DNA of 32,000 bases from Enterobacteriaceae endosymbiont of Donacia provostii (GTDB lineage Bacteria > Pseudomonadota > Gammaproteobacteria > Enterobacterales > Enterobacteriaceae). A program made the translations under genes and the position numbers. This document shows positions 1 to 9,519 of this stretch, piece after piece (the first letter of the stretch is position 1; each line of letters begins with the position of its first letter). The stretch lies in assembly GCF_012570145.1 (NCBI RefSeq), contig NZ_CP046206.1, forward strand, positions 242,324-274,323, read 5' to 3'. A model generated the notes under the pieces. That model did not search any database and was not told the DNA's origin. It saw nothing but the letters and a program-made list of their open reading frames with translations.

Positions 1-321
1 TTTCACAGTTTTCCAATTAGTTAACATACCTCCTAACCAACGATGATTAATAAAAAATTGATGACAATTAATTGCAGTTTCTTTTATAAGATTAGATGCT
101 GCTTTTTTTGTTCCAATAAATAAAATTTTACCTTTACGAGAAGTAATTTTTTTTAATTCTTTTAGTGCAATATTAAACATTTGAAAAGTTTTATCTAAAT
201 TAATAATATGTATTTTATTTTTATGGTTAAAAATAAATTTTTTCATTTTTGGATTCCAATAACGTGTTTGGTGACCAAAATGAGTTCCTACTTTAAACAT
301 TTTCTTGATAGATATAGACAT
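1..321 (-). CDS. rpsB: 30S ribosomal protein S2, N-terminal 107 codons (gene runs off the left edge of the window)
   Basis: Reverse complement from the ATG at 319-321 reads [31 protein letters not shown]...[17 protein letters not shown] and stays open to position 1. GAGGA Shine-Dalgarno lies on the complement of 330-334. Divergent from map, as in E. coli. Confidence 0.9.
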   Translation of the reverse strand, partial: MSISIKKMFKVGTHFGHQTRYWNPKMKKFIFNHKNKIHIINLDKTFQMFNIALKELKKITSRKGKILFIGTKKAASNLIKETAINCHQFFINHRWLGGMLTNWKTVK

Positions 322-485
322 TATTATTATCCTCATTTTATAAATAAATAAAATAATATTATATAATTTGTATTTATACAAAAAATTTATTTAATAAATT
401 TAATTTAATTATTTTTATAAAAATAAAATTAGGTATATAATATACCATTTTATATTAAATAATTAATATTATATAAAAGAAAATA

Positions 486-1265
486 ATGAAAATTTTCATT
501 AAAAATTCTAAAGAGATAAAAAAAATTTATAAATCTTGCCAATTAGCAGCTGAAGTATTAGAAATGATAAAAACTTATATAGTACCTGGAATTAGTACTG
601 AAGAAATAAATAATATATGTCATAATTATATTACTAAAACTCAAAAAGCTAAATCTGCTATTTTAGGATATAAAGGTTTTCCAAAATCTGTATGTATTTC
701 TATTAATGATGTTGTATGTCATGGAATACCAAATAAAAATGAAATTTTAAAAAATGGAGACATTGTAAATATAGATATAACAGTATTGTATGATAATTAT
801 TATGGCGATACATCAAAAATGTTTTTAGTAGGTAAAAATATTTCTAAAAAATTAAAATTATTATGTTTAACTGCTAAGAAAAGCTTATATAAAGCTATTA
901 ATATTTTAAAACCAGGTATTAGATTATATAAAATTGGTCAAGTAATACAAAAATATGTAGAATCTAAAAATTTTTCTGTTGTTAGAAATTATTGTGGTCA
1001 TGGTATTGGAAGAAATTTTCATGAGGAACCTCAAATTTTACATTATAAATCATATGATTATGGTATTATATTACAAAAAGGCATGATATTTACAATTGAA
1101 CCTATGATTAATATAGGGCATCATAGTGTATATGTTACAAATGATCATTGGACAGTAAAAACTATAGATAAAACTTATTCAGCTCAATATGAGCATACAG
1201 TGCTTATTACTAATAATGGAAATAAAATATTAACCTTAAGAAGAGGGGAAAAAAAATATATTTAA
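486..1265 (+). CDS. map: methionine aminopeptidase, type I
   Basis: 259-aa ORF with MetAP signatures VCHGIP, DIVNIDIT, YGDTSKMF, CGHGIG, FTIEPM and AQYEHTV. Confidence 0.95.
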   Translation: MKIFIKNSKEIKKIYKSCQLAAEVLEMIKTYIVPGISTEEINNICHNYITKTQKAKSAILGYKGFPKSVCISINDVVCHGIPNKNEILKNGDIVNIDITVLYDNYYGDTSKMFLVGKNISKKLKLLCLTAKKSLYKAINILKPGIRLYKIGQVIQKYVESKNFSVVRNYCGHGIGRNFHEEPQILHYKSYDYGIILQKGMIFTIEPMINIGHHSVYVTNDHWTVKTIDKTYSAQYEHTVLITNNGNKILTLRRGEKKYI

Positions 1266-1276
1266 ATAAAATTTAT

Positions 1277-1312
1277 ATAATTAAGTAATTAATTTCTTAA
1301 TTACTTAATTAT
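1277..1312. terminator. Perfect 16-bp-stem hairpin between the convergent genes map and rpoD (candidate bidirectional terminator)
   Basis: ATAATTAAGTAATTAA (1277-1292), loop TTTC, TTAATTACTTAATTAT (1297-1312) is an exact inverted repeat. It sits 11 nt after the map stop and 11 nt after the rpoD stop, followed by TTTTATTAT on the plus strand. Confidence 0.4.
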
Positions 1313-1323
1313 TTTATTATGGA

Positions 1324-3141
1324 TTAATTATCTAAAAAACTTTTTAATATTTCAGACCTACTAGGATGTCGTAATTTTCTTAATGCTTTTGCTTCTATCT
1401 GTCTAATTCTTTCTCTAGTTACATCAAATTGTTTTCCTACTTCTTCTAAAGTATGATCTGTATTCATATCAATTCCAAATCTCATTCGTAATACTTTTGC
1501 TTCTCTTGGCGTTAAACTAGAAAGAATGTTATATGTAGCAATTTTTAAACTTTCTGAAGTTGCAGAATCTAAAGGTAGTTCTAAATTAGAATCTTCAATA
1601 AAATCACTTAAGTGAGATTCTTCATCATCTCCTATAGGAGTTTCCATTGAAATTGGTTCTTTAGCTATTTTTAAAATTTTTCTAATTTTATCTTCAGGTA
1701 AAAGCATATGTTTTGATAATTCTTCTGGTGTAGGTTCTCTACCCAATTCTTGTAATATTTTTCTCGAAACTCTATTAAGTTTATTAATAGTTTCAATCAT
1801 ATGAACTGGAATTCTTATAGTTCTTGCTTGATCTGCAATAGAACGTGTTATAGCTTGTCTAATCCACCAGGTAGCATATGTAGAAAATTTATAACCTCTT
1901 CTATATTCAAATTTATCTACTGCTTTCATTAAGCCAATATTACCTTCTTGAATTAAATCAAGAAATTGTAATCCTCTATTTGTATATTTTTTAGCTATAG
2001 AAATAACTAATCTTAAGTTAGCTTCAATCATTTCTTTTTTAGCTTTTTTAGCTTTTGTTTCACCTATATTAATTTTTTTATTAATATTTTTAATTTGTAA
2101 AATAGTCAATCCAGTTTCTTTTTCAATATTTATTAATTTATCAATATAATTATTTAATTTATTAAAAAATATTTTTTTTTCATATATTTCATATTTTTTT
2201 TTATATTGAAATTTTTTAAGTTTATTAAAAAAAAAATTTTTATAAGTTATTTGATTATATAATATTTTAATAAACTTTTTTTTTGATATAGAATAATATT
2301 TAAGAATTAAATTCATAATATTATGTTCTTTTATACGTATTCTATATATTATAGAACGCATTTTTTCTACCATATAATCAAATTCTTTAGATACTAAACG
2401 AAATTGTTTAAACATTTCTGTAAGATTTTTAATTTCATTTAACGATTTTTTATGATATCTACCTTTTTTTTTAATTAAAATTAATGTTTTATAATATTGT
2501 TTTTTTAATTCTCTGAATTTTTTTTTAGCTAATTTATAATCTATAACATTTTCATTATTTTCTGTTGATATATTATTAGATAATTCTTGATAAGAAGAAG
2601 ATATAATTTTTTCCTCAAGATTATTATCATTAATAAAACCATGTATTAAATCTGATAAACGCATACTTCCAGATTGAACTTTATCATATTTTTTTAATAA
2701 ATATTCAATAGATTTAGGATATTCAGCTACTGAAGATTGTATTTGATTAATACCTTCTTCTATACGTTTTGCAATATTTATTTCTCCTTCTCGTGTTAAT
2801 AATTCTACAGTACCCATTTCACGCATATATATTCTTACTGGATCTGTAGTTTTTCCCATTTCTAATTCTACATTAGATAATACATGTACTGCATCTTCAG
2901 CTTCTGTTGTATTGTTTTCATTATTATTTAATATTAAATCATCATTATCGGGAGCTTCTTCCATCACTTGAATACCTATATCATTTATCATTTGAATAAT
3001 ATTTTTTATTTGATCAGAATTAATTATATTATCAGGTAAATGATCACTAATTTCTGAAAAAGTTAAATAACCTTGTTCTTTACCTCGAGTTACAAGCATT
3101 TGAAACTGTAATTTTGAGTTATAATCCATAAATAGTTCCAT
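1324..3141 (-). CDS. rpoD: RNA polymerase sigma-70 factor
   Basis: 605-aa ORF with near-identical conserved regions: [62 protein letters not shown] and [33 protein letters not shown]. The start could instead be the ATG at 3129 (MDYNS...). Confidence 0.97.
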   Translation of the reverse strand: MELFMDYNSKLQFQMLVTRGKEQGYLTFSEISDHLPDNIINSDQIKNIIQMINDIGIQVMEEAPDNDDLILNNNENNTTEAEDAVHVLSNVELEMGKTTDPVRIYMREMGTVELLTREGEINIAKRIEEGINQIQSSVAEYPKSIEYLLKKYDKVQSGSMRLSDLIHGFINDNNLEEKIISSSYQELSNNISTENNENVIDYKLAKKKFRELKKQYYKTLILIKKKGRYHKKSLNEIKNLTEMFKQFRLVSKEFDYMVEKMRSIIYRIRIKEHNIMNLILKYYSISKKKFIKILYNQITYKNFFFNKLKKFQYKKKYEIYEKKIFFNKLNNYIDKLINIEKETGLTILQIKNINKKINIGETKAKKAKKEMIEANLRLVISIAKKYTNRGLQFLDLIQEGNIGLMKAVDKFEYRRGYKFSTYATWWIRQAITRSIADQARTIRIPVHMIETINKLNRVSRKILQELGREPTPEELSKHMLLPEDKIRKILKIAKEPISMETPIGDDEESHLSDFIEDSNLELPLDSATSESLKIATYNILSSLTPREAKVLRMRFGIDMNTDHTLEEVGKQFDVTRERIRQIEAKALRKLRHPSRSEILKSFLDN

Positions 3142-3212
3142 AATATTATTTATTAAAATTTAAATAAATTATTTGTTGAAAAATATATTATTTATAATAT
3201 TTTAGTTATTTT

Positions 3213-4958
3213 TTATTTAGTTTTTAAATTATTTTTTTTTTTAATTAATATTTTATTTAAAGACCATAATTCTTGTTTTTTTTCATTATTTAATCCTTTT
3301 ATTCTATCTAAAGCTATTAAATAATTTTGCCTATTTTCTAGAATATTAATTTTTAATTTTTTTATTAAAAAAATTAAAAAATTTTTTATTTGATTCTTAG
3401 GAATCATATGATTCCATGTTATTAAAATTTTAATAATTTTACTTAATTTTGTGTCTCTATATCGTTCTAATATTTTAGCAGTCGTTATATTTTTGTTTTT
3501 ATAAAAATTTACAAATTTTATCAAAAAAAATAATCCGTTAATATTTGAATTTTTAAAATATTTAAATTCAGGAACTAATTTAATTAATTTAGGATTTTGT
3601 ATTAATAAACTTAATAATACTCGAATAGTAGTTTTTTTAAAATTATTTTGTATAGTTACTTTTTTATGATTATTTAATAAATTAAATATATCTAAAAAAT
3701 TTAAAATTCCTATCTTTTCTCCTAAAATTTGTACTAAATTTATTTGAAATAAATTATCAGGAATTAATTTAATAAGTGATAGAGTTTTATATATAAAAGC
3801 TGTTTTTTCTTCACAAGTAGAAAATAAATTTTTTAAAAATAATCTTTTAAAAAAAAAATAGGAAAATGATAAAGCATTATTAATTCTTTTTTCAAAAATA
3901 TTTTTCCCTTCTTTTCTAATTAAACTATCAGGATCTTCTCCTTTAGGTAAAATTAAAAAATATATTTGTTTACCTTTAACTAAAAAAGGTAAACTTTTTT
4001 TTAAAGCATTCCATTGTGCTTCTATACCTGCTTTATCTCCATCAAAACAATAAATAATTTTATTAGTAATATTAAATAATTTTTTTATATGCAAATTACT
4101 AATTACAGTTCCTAATATAGCAACTGCATATTTTATATTAAATTGAAATAAACTAATAACATCAATATATCCTTCTACTACAATAATTTTTTTAATAGTA
4201 TTATTTTCTTTTTTTGTTTCAAATAATCCATATAGTTCATAACTTTTATGAAAAATATTATTTTCTGAAGAATTTAAATATTTTGGTTCCTTATTATTAA
4301 AGACTCTCCCACCAAAACCAACGATAGATCCTTTTATATTTTTAATAGGAAATATAATACGATTGTAAAAAATATCATAATAATTATTATTATTATTTAA
4401 TTTTAATATTTTTAATTTTTTATTCAATATTTGAATCATTTTTTTATTATTTAATATTTTATCAGTCCAAAAAATAGGCGAAAAACCAATAGAAAAATAT
4501 TTAATAATATATAAATTAAATCCTCTATTTAATAGATATTGTAATGCTATTTTACCTAAAGATTTAAATAAATATTTTTTATAAAAAATACTTAAATGAA
4601 ACATTAATTTATAATAAATATTATTTTTTTTATTTATTTTAATATAAATTGATGTATTATAATTTTTAATAGGAATATTAAATATTTCTGATAATAATTT
4701 AATACTTTCAAGAAAAGATAAATTTTCATAATTCATAATAAAATCAATTATATTACCATGTGCACCACAACCAAAACAATGGTATAATTGTTTTTCAGAA
4801 TTCACAACAAAAGAAGGATTTTTTTCTATATGAAAAGGACAAATTCCAAAAAAATTCTTACCTTTTTTTTTTAAGTTAATTTTACTTGTAACTAAATTTA
4901 TAATATCAATTTTATCTAATAAATCATTAATAAAAACACGAGATACATATTTAATCAT
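3213..4958 (-). CDS. dnaG: DNA primase
   Basis: 581-aa ORF. Zinc-ribbon CPFHIEKNPSFVVNSEKQLYHCFGCGAHG and TOPRIM-type VVEGYIDVISL / CFDGDKAGIEA. Position rpsU-dnaG-rpoD matches the E. coli macromolecular-synthesis operon. Confidence 0.95.
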   Translation of the reverse strand: MIKYVSRVFINDLLDKIDIINLVTSKINLKKKGKNFFGICPFHIEKNPSFVVNSEKQLYHCFGCGAHGNIIDFIMNYENLSFLESIKLLSEIFNIPIKNYNTSIYIKINKKNNIYYKLMFHLSIFYKKYLFKSLGKIALQYLLNRGFNLYIIKYFSIGFSPIFWTDKILNNKKMIQILNKKLKILKLNNNNNYYDIFYNRIIFPIKNIKGSIVGFGGRVFNNKEPKYLNSSENNIFHKSYELYGLFETKKENNTIKKIIVVEGYIDVISLFQFNIKYAVAILGTVISNLHIKKLFNITNKIIYCFDGDKAGIEAQWNALKKSLPFLVKGKQIYFLILPKGEDPDSLIRKEGKNIFEKRINNALSFSYFFFKRLFLKNLFSTCEEKTAFIYKTLSLIKLIPDNLFQINLVQILGEKIGILNFLDIFNLLNNHKKVTIQNNFKKTTIRVLLSLLIQNPKLIKLVPEFKYFKNSNINGLFFLIKFVNFYKNKNITTAKILERYRDTKLSKIIKILITWNHMIPKNQIKNFLIFLIKKLKINILENRQNYLIALDRIKGLNNEKKQELWSLNKILIKKKNNLKTK

Positions 4959-5006
4959 AAAAATAATTTTTTTATTTATTATTTTTTATAAATTATATAT
5001 ATTTTA

Positions 5007-5222
5007 TTAATATAAACGAATTCTTTTTGAATTTTCTCTTAATATTTTTTTTATATGTCTTTTAATTGCTGAAGCTTTAGCTCTTTTTCTTGCTGTTGTT
5101 GGTTTTTCATAAAATTCTCTACGTCTTACTTCTGATAAAATTCCTGCTTTTTCACATGAACGTTTAAAACGTCTTAAAGCTAAATCAAATGGTTCATTAT
5201 CACGTATTTTAATTACTGGCAT
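5007..5222 (-). CDS. rpsU: 30S ribosomal protein S21
   Basis: [56 protein letters not shown] matches S21 end to end (71 aa). The ORF-track start at 5243 adds 7 non-homologous residues. AAGGA lies just upstream of the ATG at 5220-5222. Confidence 0.93.
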   Translation of the reverse strand: MPVIKIRDNEPFDLALRRFKRSCEKAGILSEVRRREFYEKPTTARKRAKASAIKRHIKKILRENSKRIRLY

Positions 5223-5354
5223 GTTATATCCTTTATATTTCATATAATATATTATTTTTTATCAAATAATATTATAATATATAATTTTAATTATATAAAT
5301 AATTTTTTATTTTTTATTATAAAAAATTATTATTTTATATTTAGGAAATATACT

Positions 5355-6380
5355 GTGCTTCTAATGGGTATAGAAACATCATGTGATGATACATCAGTAT
5401 CTATTTACGATAGTAAGAAAGGTATTTTATGTAATAATGTTTGTACACAAAAAATTCATTCTAAATATGGAGGTATAGTACCTGAATTAGCTGCTAGAAA
5501 TCATATAAAAAAAATTATTCCATTAATTAAAAAATCATTATTTAAAATTAATAAAAATTTAAATGATATTAATGCTATAGCTTATACTGCAGGACCTGGA
5601 CAAATAAATTCTTTAATTATAGGAGCAATAGTTTCAAATACAATAGCATTTTCATTAAATATTCCTATTATTCCAGTAAATCATATGGAAGGACATTTAT
5701 TCTCAATAATGTTACAGAAACAAAAACCATCTTTTCCATTTATTGGATTATTAATTTCTGGAGGACATACACAATTAATATATGTATATAAATTTGGAAA
5801 ATATAAAATTTTAGGTAAACATATAGATAATGCTGTAGGTGAAACATTAGATAAAATATCTAAATTATTAGGATTAAAATATCCTGGAGGTAAAAATTTA
5901 TCTCAATTATCCCAATTTGGGATACCTAAAAAATTTATTTTTCCTCGCCCAATGACATTAGAAAAAAATAATTTAAATTTTAGTTTTTCTGGATTACAAA
6001 CTTTTGTAAAAAATATTATAAAAAAAAATGATTTAAATAATTTTCAAATAAAAGCAAATATTGCATATGCATTTGAAGATGCTATTATAAATACTCTTTA
6101 CATAAAGAGTTTTTGGGCTTTAAAAAAATATAATATTAAACAATTAGTTATTGCTGGAGGAGTAAGTGCAAATAAAAAACTAAGAAATTTTTTTTATAAA
6201 AATTTAAAAAAAAATAACATTAAATTATTTTATAGTTATAAAAAATTATGTACAGATAATGCAGGAATGATTGCTTATGTAGGTGTAAAAAAATTTTTTT
6301 TAGAAAAAAAAAAATATATATCAAATAATTTCAATATTTTAGTAAATCCTAAATTATCTTTTAAAGATAATTTTTTATAA
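5355..6380 (+). CDS. tsaD: tRNA N6-adenosine threonylcarbamoyltransferase (t6A37), TsaD/YgjD
   Basis: 341-aa ORF with GIETSCDDTSVSIYD, GIVPELAARNH, AYTAGPGQ, HMEGHL, LISGGHTQL and CTDNAGMIA. A GTG start at 5355 preceded by AGGA (5343-5346) gives the same N-terminal length as E. coli; the ATG at 5364 is an alternative. Confidence 0.93.
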   Translation: MLLMGIETSCDDTSVSIYDSKKGILCNNVCTQKIHSKYGGIVPELAARNHIKKIIPLIKKSLFKINKNLNDINAIAYTAGPGQINSLIIGAIVSNTIAFSLNIPIIPVNHMEGHLFSIMLQKQKPSFPFIGLLISGGHTQLIYVYKFGKYKILGKHIDNAVGETLDKISKLLGLKYPGGKNLSQLSQFGIPKKFIFPRPMTLEKNNLNFSFSGLQTFVKNIIKKNDLNNFQIKANIAYAFEDAIINTLYIKSFWALKKYNIKQLVIAGGVSANKKLRNFFYKNLKKNNIKLFYSYKKLCTDNAGMIAYVGVKKFFLEKKKYISNNFNILVNPKLSFKDNFL

Positions 6381-6404
6381 AAAAAAATTTATTTTGAGGT
6401 TTTT

Positions 6405-7211
6405 ATGACACAATTAAATTATTTTTCTGCTACTATACTTAGTATAGTACAAAGTTTAACTGAATTTTTACCAATATCTTCAAGTGCTCACATCATTATT
6501 TTTTCTAAAATATTAAATATTATAAATAATAAATCATTACAAATATTTGAAGTTATTATACAATTAGGATCAATTTTTGCAATTATAATTTATTTTCGAG
6601 AAAAAGTTATAAATATTATATTTAATACAATTAATTATAATATTTATAATAATAATAAATTTAATTTACTTCATATAATAGTATCTGCATTACCAGTAAT
6701 ATTTATAGGATTAATTTTTTATCATAAAATAATTAATATTAATGATTTAAATAATATTAAATATGGATTATTTTTAGGAGCATTATTATTATTCATTTCT
6801 GAAATATATAAACCTAAAATATGTAAAATTAATACAATAAATCACATTTCATATAATTTAAATTTTATAATTGGGTGTTTTCAATGTTTTGCTTTATTAC
6901 CTGGAGTTTCTAGATTAGGTACTACATTATCTATAAGTTTATTATTAGGAATTAAACGTACTATTGCTACGGAATTATGTTTTATTTTATCTATACCTGT
7001 AATTTTAGGAGCTAATTTATTAGAATTATATAAAAATTATTTAATTATAGATTTTTATAATTTCAAAATATTGTCAATAGGATTTTTTATTTCATTTATA
7101 ATTAGCCTAGTTATAATTAAGAAATTTATTTATATTATAAATAACAAATCTTTAATATATTTTAGTTTATATCGTATACTTTTAATTTTACTAATTATAT
7201 TAGTATATTAA
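6405..7211 (+). CDS. uppP: undecaprenyl-diphosphate phosphatase
   Basis: 268-aa polytopic membrane ORF with the BacA/UppP motifs LTEFLPISSSAH and PGVSRLGTT. GAGG Shine-Dalgarno lies upstream. Confidence 0.9.
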   Translation: MTQLNYFSATILSIVQSLTEFLPISSSAHIIIFSKILNIINNKSLQIFEVIIQLGSIFAIIIYFREKVINIIFNTINYNIYNNNKFNLLHIIVSALPVIFIGLIFYHKIININDLNNIKYGLFLGALLLFISEIYKPKICKINTINHISYNLNFIIGCFQCFALLPGVSRLGTTLSISLLLGIKRTIATELCFILSIPVILGANLLELYKNYLIIDFYNFKILSIGFFISFIISLVIIKKFIYIINNKSLIYFSLYRILLILLIILVY

Positions 7212-7225
7212 ATACTAAAATTACA

Positions 7226-8455
7226 TTAATTTTTTAATTTTAAAAAATATTTTATTAATTTTATTCTTTCCTTCTGAATTTTTTTATTTATATTAATTCC
7301 TTTTAAATTAAAATTATTAATTATATTTTTAATATCTAATGTGGAAATATATTTATACATATTAATAAAATACTTTCCTTGTTTATATTCTAAGGATTCT
7401 AAAGTTAATCTACCTCTAGCATCAGCTTCACTTATTAAAGCTATTTGTTCTACTCTCTCCGGTTTTCTCCATGCATCAATTATATTGTATATATTTAATA
7501 TATCTATTGGTTTTTGATTATATATATCATGAATAATATCATGTATTTTAGCAGCTAACAGAGATAAAATTTTATAATTATTAGGTATTTTTAATTTTTT
7601 ACATAATTTTTTAATTAATGGTATACCAGCGATACCATGTCCTGGATGTCTTGGCCATAATTTTTTAGGAGTTAATCCCTTGCCTAAATCATGACATAAT
7701 GCAGCGAACCTTGTTGATACATTTTTAGTAAGTTGAGAAATAATTTTTAATGTAAGCATTGTATGTATTCCAGTATCAATTTCTGGATGCCATTTAACTG
7801 GGGCAGGTATTCCATATAATTGATTTATTTCTGGAAAAATAATAGATAAAGCATTACATTTTTTTAATATTTGAAAAAATATGTGAGGATGATTAGATTT
7901 AAGAGCAAGATATGTTTCTTTCCAGATTCTTTCTGGTTTTAAATATAATAATTCTCCTGAATTACTCATAATTTTCATTAATTCTAATGTACTATCATGA
8001 ATTTTAAAATTTAAATATTTTAATTTAGCTGCAAATCTAGCTACTCTTAATACTCTCAAAGGATCATCTTTAAATGATGATGAAACATGTCTTAATATAC
8101 GTTTTTTTATATCTTTTAAACCATTATATGGATCATAAAAATTACCTAAATTATCTTGTGCAATAGCATTAATAGTTAAATCTCTACGAAACAAATCTTC
8201 TTTTAAAGAAATAAAAGGTGTTGAATAATATTTAAAACCTTTATAACCATGTCCATTTTTATATTCTGTTCTAGCTAATGCATATTCTTCATACGTTGTA
8301 GGATGTAAAAAAACAGGAAAATCTTTACCAACTAATTTGAAACCTAATTTTAACATTGATTGGATATCAGATCCAACAACAACCCAGTCTTTATCTTTTA
8401 CATTTATTTTAAGTAATTTATCACGTATTGCGCCACCAACTAAATATATTTTCAA
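7226..8455 (-). CDS. cca: CCA-adding tRNA nucleotidyltransferase with HD phosphohydrolase domain
   Basis: 409-aa ORF. MKIYLVGGAIRDKLLKINVKDKDWVVVG, RRDLTINA and an HD-domain region (ALCHDLGK, IHDIIHD). Convergent with uppP, 14 nt apart. Confidence 0.95.
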   Translation of the reverse strand: MKIYLVGGAIRDKLLKINVKDKDWVVVGSDIQSMLKLGFKLVGKDFPVFLHPTTYEEYALARTEYKNGHGYKGFKYYSTPFISLKEDLFRRDLTINAIAQDNLGNFYDPYNGLKDIKKRILRHVSSSFKDDPLRVLRVARFAAKLKYLNFKIHDSTLELMKIMSNSGELLYLKPERIWKETYLALKSNHPHIFFQILKKCNALSIIFPEINQLYGIPAPVKWHPEIDTGIHTMLTLKIISQLTKNVSTRFAALCHDLGKGLTPKKLWPRHPGHGIAGIPLIKKLCKKLKIPNNYKILSLLAAKIHDIIHDIYNQKPIDILNIYNIIDAWRKPERVEQIALISEADARGRLTLESLEYKQGKYFINMYKYISTLDIKNIINNFNLKGININKKIQKERIKLIKYFLKLKN

Positions 8456-8643
8456 TTTATTACTCCTAAATTTTTTTTAATAAAAAAAATATTATTTATA
8501 ATAATATATTATTTCTAAAAAATTTTTTAAAATATTTTTTATAAAAAATAAAAATTTTATCATTTTAATTTTTTTATAAAAATTTTATTTTAATTAATAA
8601 ATTAATATATAATATTATTAAATTATAATGTAAGTATTATTCT

Positions 8644-9291
8644 ATGAATTTACTTAATACAGAATTTGGTAATATTAAAACACGTATTAAAAATGCTATT
8701 TTTTCTTTAAAAAAAGGAAAAGGAATTTTAATTTTAGATAATGAAAAAAGAGAAAATGAAAGTGATATTGTTTTTGCAGCAGAAAATATTTCAATAAATA
8801 ATATTGCATTTTCTATTAGATATGGTAGTGGTATTATTTGTTTATGTATTACAGAATCTTTACGTAAAAGATTAGATTTACCTATGATGGTAAAAAAAAA
8901 TACGAATTTTTATAAAACAGGTTTTACTGTTAGTATTGAAGCAGCTAATGGTATTTCTACAGGAGTATCTGCTAAAGATAGATTTATTACTATAAAAACA
9001 GCTATTTCTAATAATGTAACTCCTGAAGATTTAAATAGACCTGGACATGTTTTTCCATTAAGAGCTGTAAATGGAGGTCTTTTAAAAAGACAAGGACATA
9101 CTGAAGCAACAATAGATTTATTAAGATCTGCAAAAATGAAACCTGTAGGTGTATTATGTGAATTAACTAATAAAAATGGAACAATGGCCAATAAAATTGA
9201 TACAATATATTTTGCAAAGAAATATAAAATGCCATTAATTACTATAGATGATATAAAAAAATATTGTATTAAGAAAAATATTTATATTTAA
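8644..9291 (+). CDS. ribB: 3,4-dihydroxy-2-butanone 4-phosphate synthase (riboflavin pathway)
   Basis: 215-aa ORF with DNEKRENESDIVFAAE, GSGIICLC, RPGHVFPL and RQGHTEATIDL. Confidence 0.95.
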   Translation: MNLLNTEFGNIKTRIKNAIFSLKKGKGILILDNEKRENESDIVFAAENISINNIAFSIRYGSGIICLCITESLRKRLDLPMMVKKNTNFYKTGFTVSIEAANGISTGVSAKDRFITIKTAISNNVTPEDLNRPGHVFPLRAVNGGLLKRQGHTEATIDLLRSAKMKPVGVLCELTNKNGTMANKIDTIYFAKKYKMPLITIDDIKKYCIKKNIYI

Positions 9292-9318
9292 AATTAATAC
9301 ATGTTATAGTTGTATGTG

Positions 9319-9392
9319 TCGGCGAGAGAGGATTTGAACCTCCGACCCACTGGTCCCAAACCAGTTGCGCTACCAAACTGCGCTACTCGCCG
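9319..9392 (-). tRNA. proM: tRNA-Pro (anticodon UGG)
   Basis: Minus strand reads CGGCGAGTAGCGCAGTTTGGTAGCGCAACTGGTTTGGGACCAGTGGGTCGGAGGTTCAAATCCTCTCTCGCCGA. It is a full cloverleaf with anticodon loop TTTGGGA and is near-identical to E. coli proM as I recall it. After the discriminator A comes CAC, so CCA is not encoded. Confidence 0.93.
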
Positions 9393-9403
9393 TAAAAATT
9401 ATG

Positions 9404-9477
9404 GGTGGTTAATGGGAATTGAACCCACGACAACCGGAACCACAATCCAGTGCTCTACCAACTGAGCTATAACCACC
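9404..9477 (-). tRNA. hisR: tRNA-His (anticodon GUG) with genome-encoded G-1
   Basis: Minus strand reads G-GTGGTTATAGCTCAGTTGGTAGAGCACTGGATTGTGGTTCCGGTTGTCGTGGGTTCAATTCCCATTAACCAC-C. Anticodon loop is TTGTGGT and G-1 pairs with C73. After C73 the genome reads CAT, so CCA is incomplete. Confidence 0.93.
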
Positions 9478-9519
9478 ATATTAATTTTAAATAAAAAATT
9501 AATAAATTATTTTACATAA

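Noticed and set aside
5223-5243. ORF-track N-terminal extensions of rpsU (to 5243), rpsM (to 20074), rpsC (to 27357) and possibly rplX (to 25278)
   Set aside because: The extra residues have no counterpart in the highly conserved orthologues. The internal ATGs restore canonical N-termini and lengths and are preceded by AGGA/GGAG-like sites.
8456-8643. Possible FMN (RFN) riboswitch in the ribB leader, as in E. coli
   Set aside because: The 188-bp leader is almost pure A/T and has none of the G/C-rich conserved RFN core helices, so the element appears to have been lost.
8910-9191. 93-aa minus-strand ORF inside ribB
   Set aside because: It is antisense to a strongly conserved ribB segment, with no recognisable motifs. 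Long antisense frames are expected opposite the less AT-rich, conserved parts of genes.
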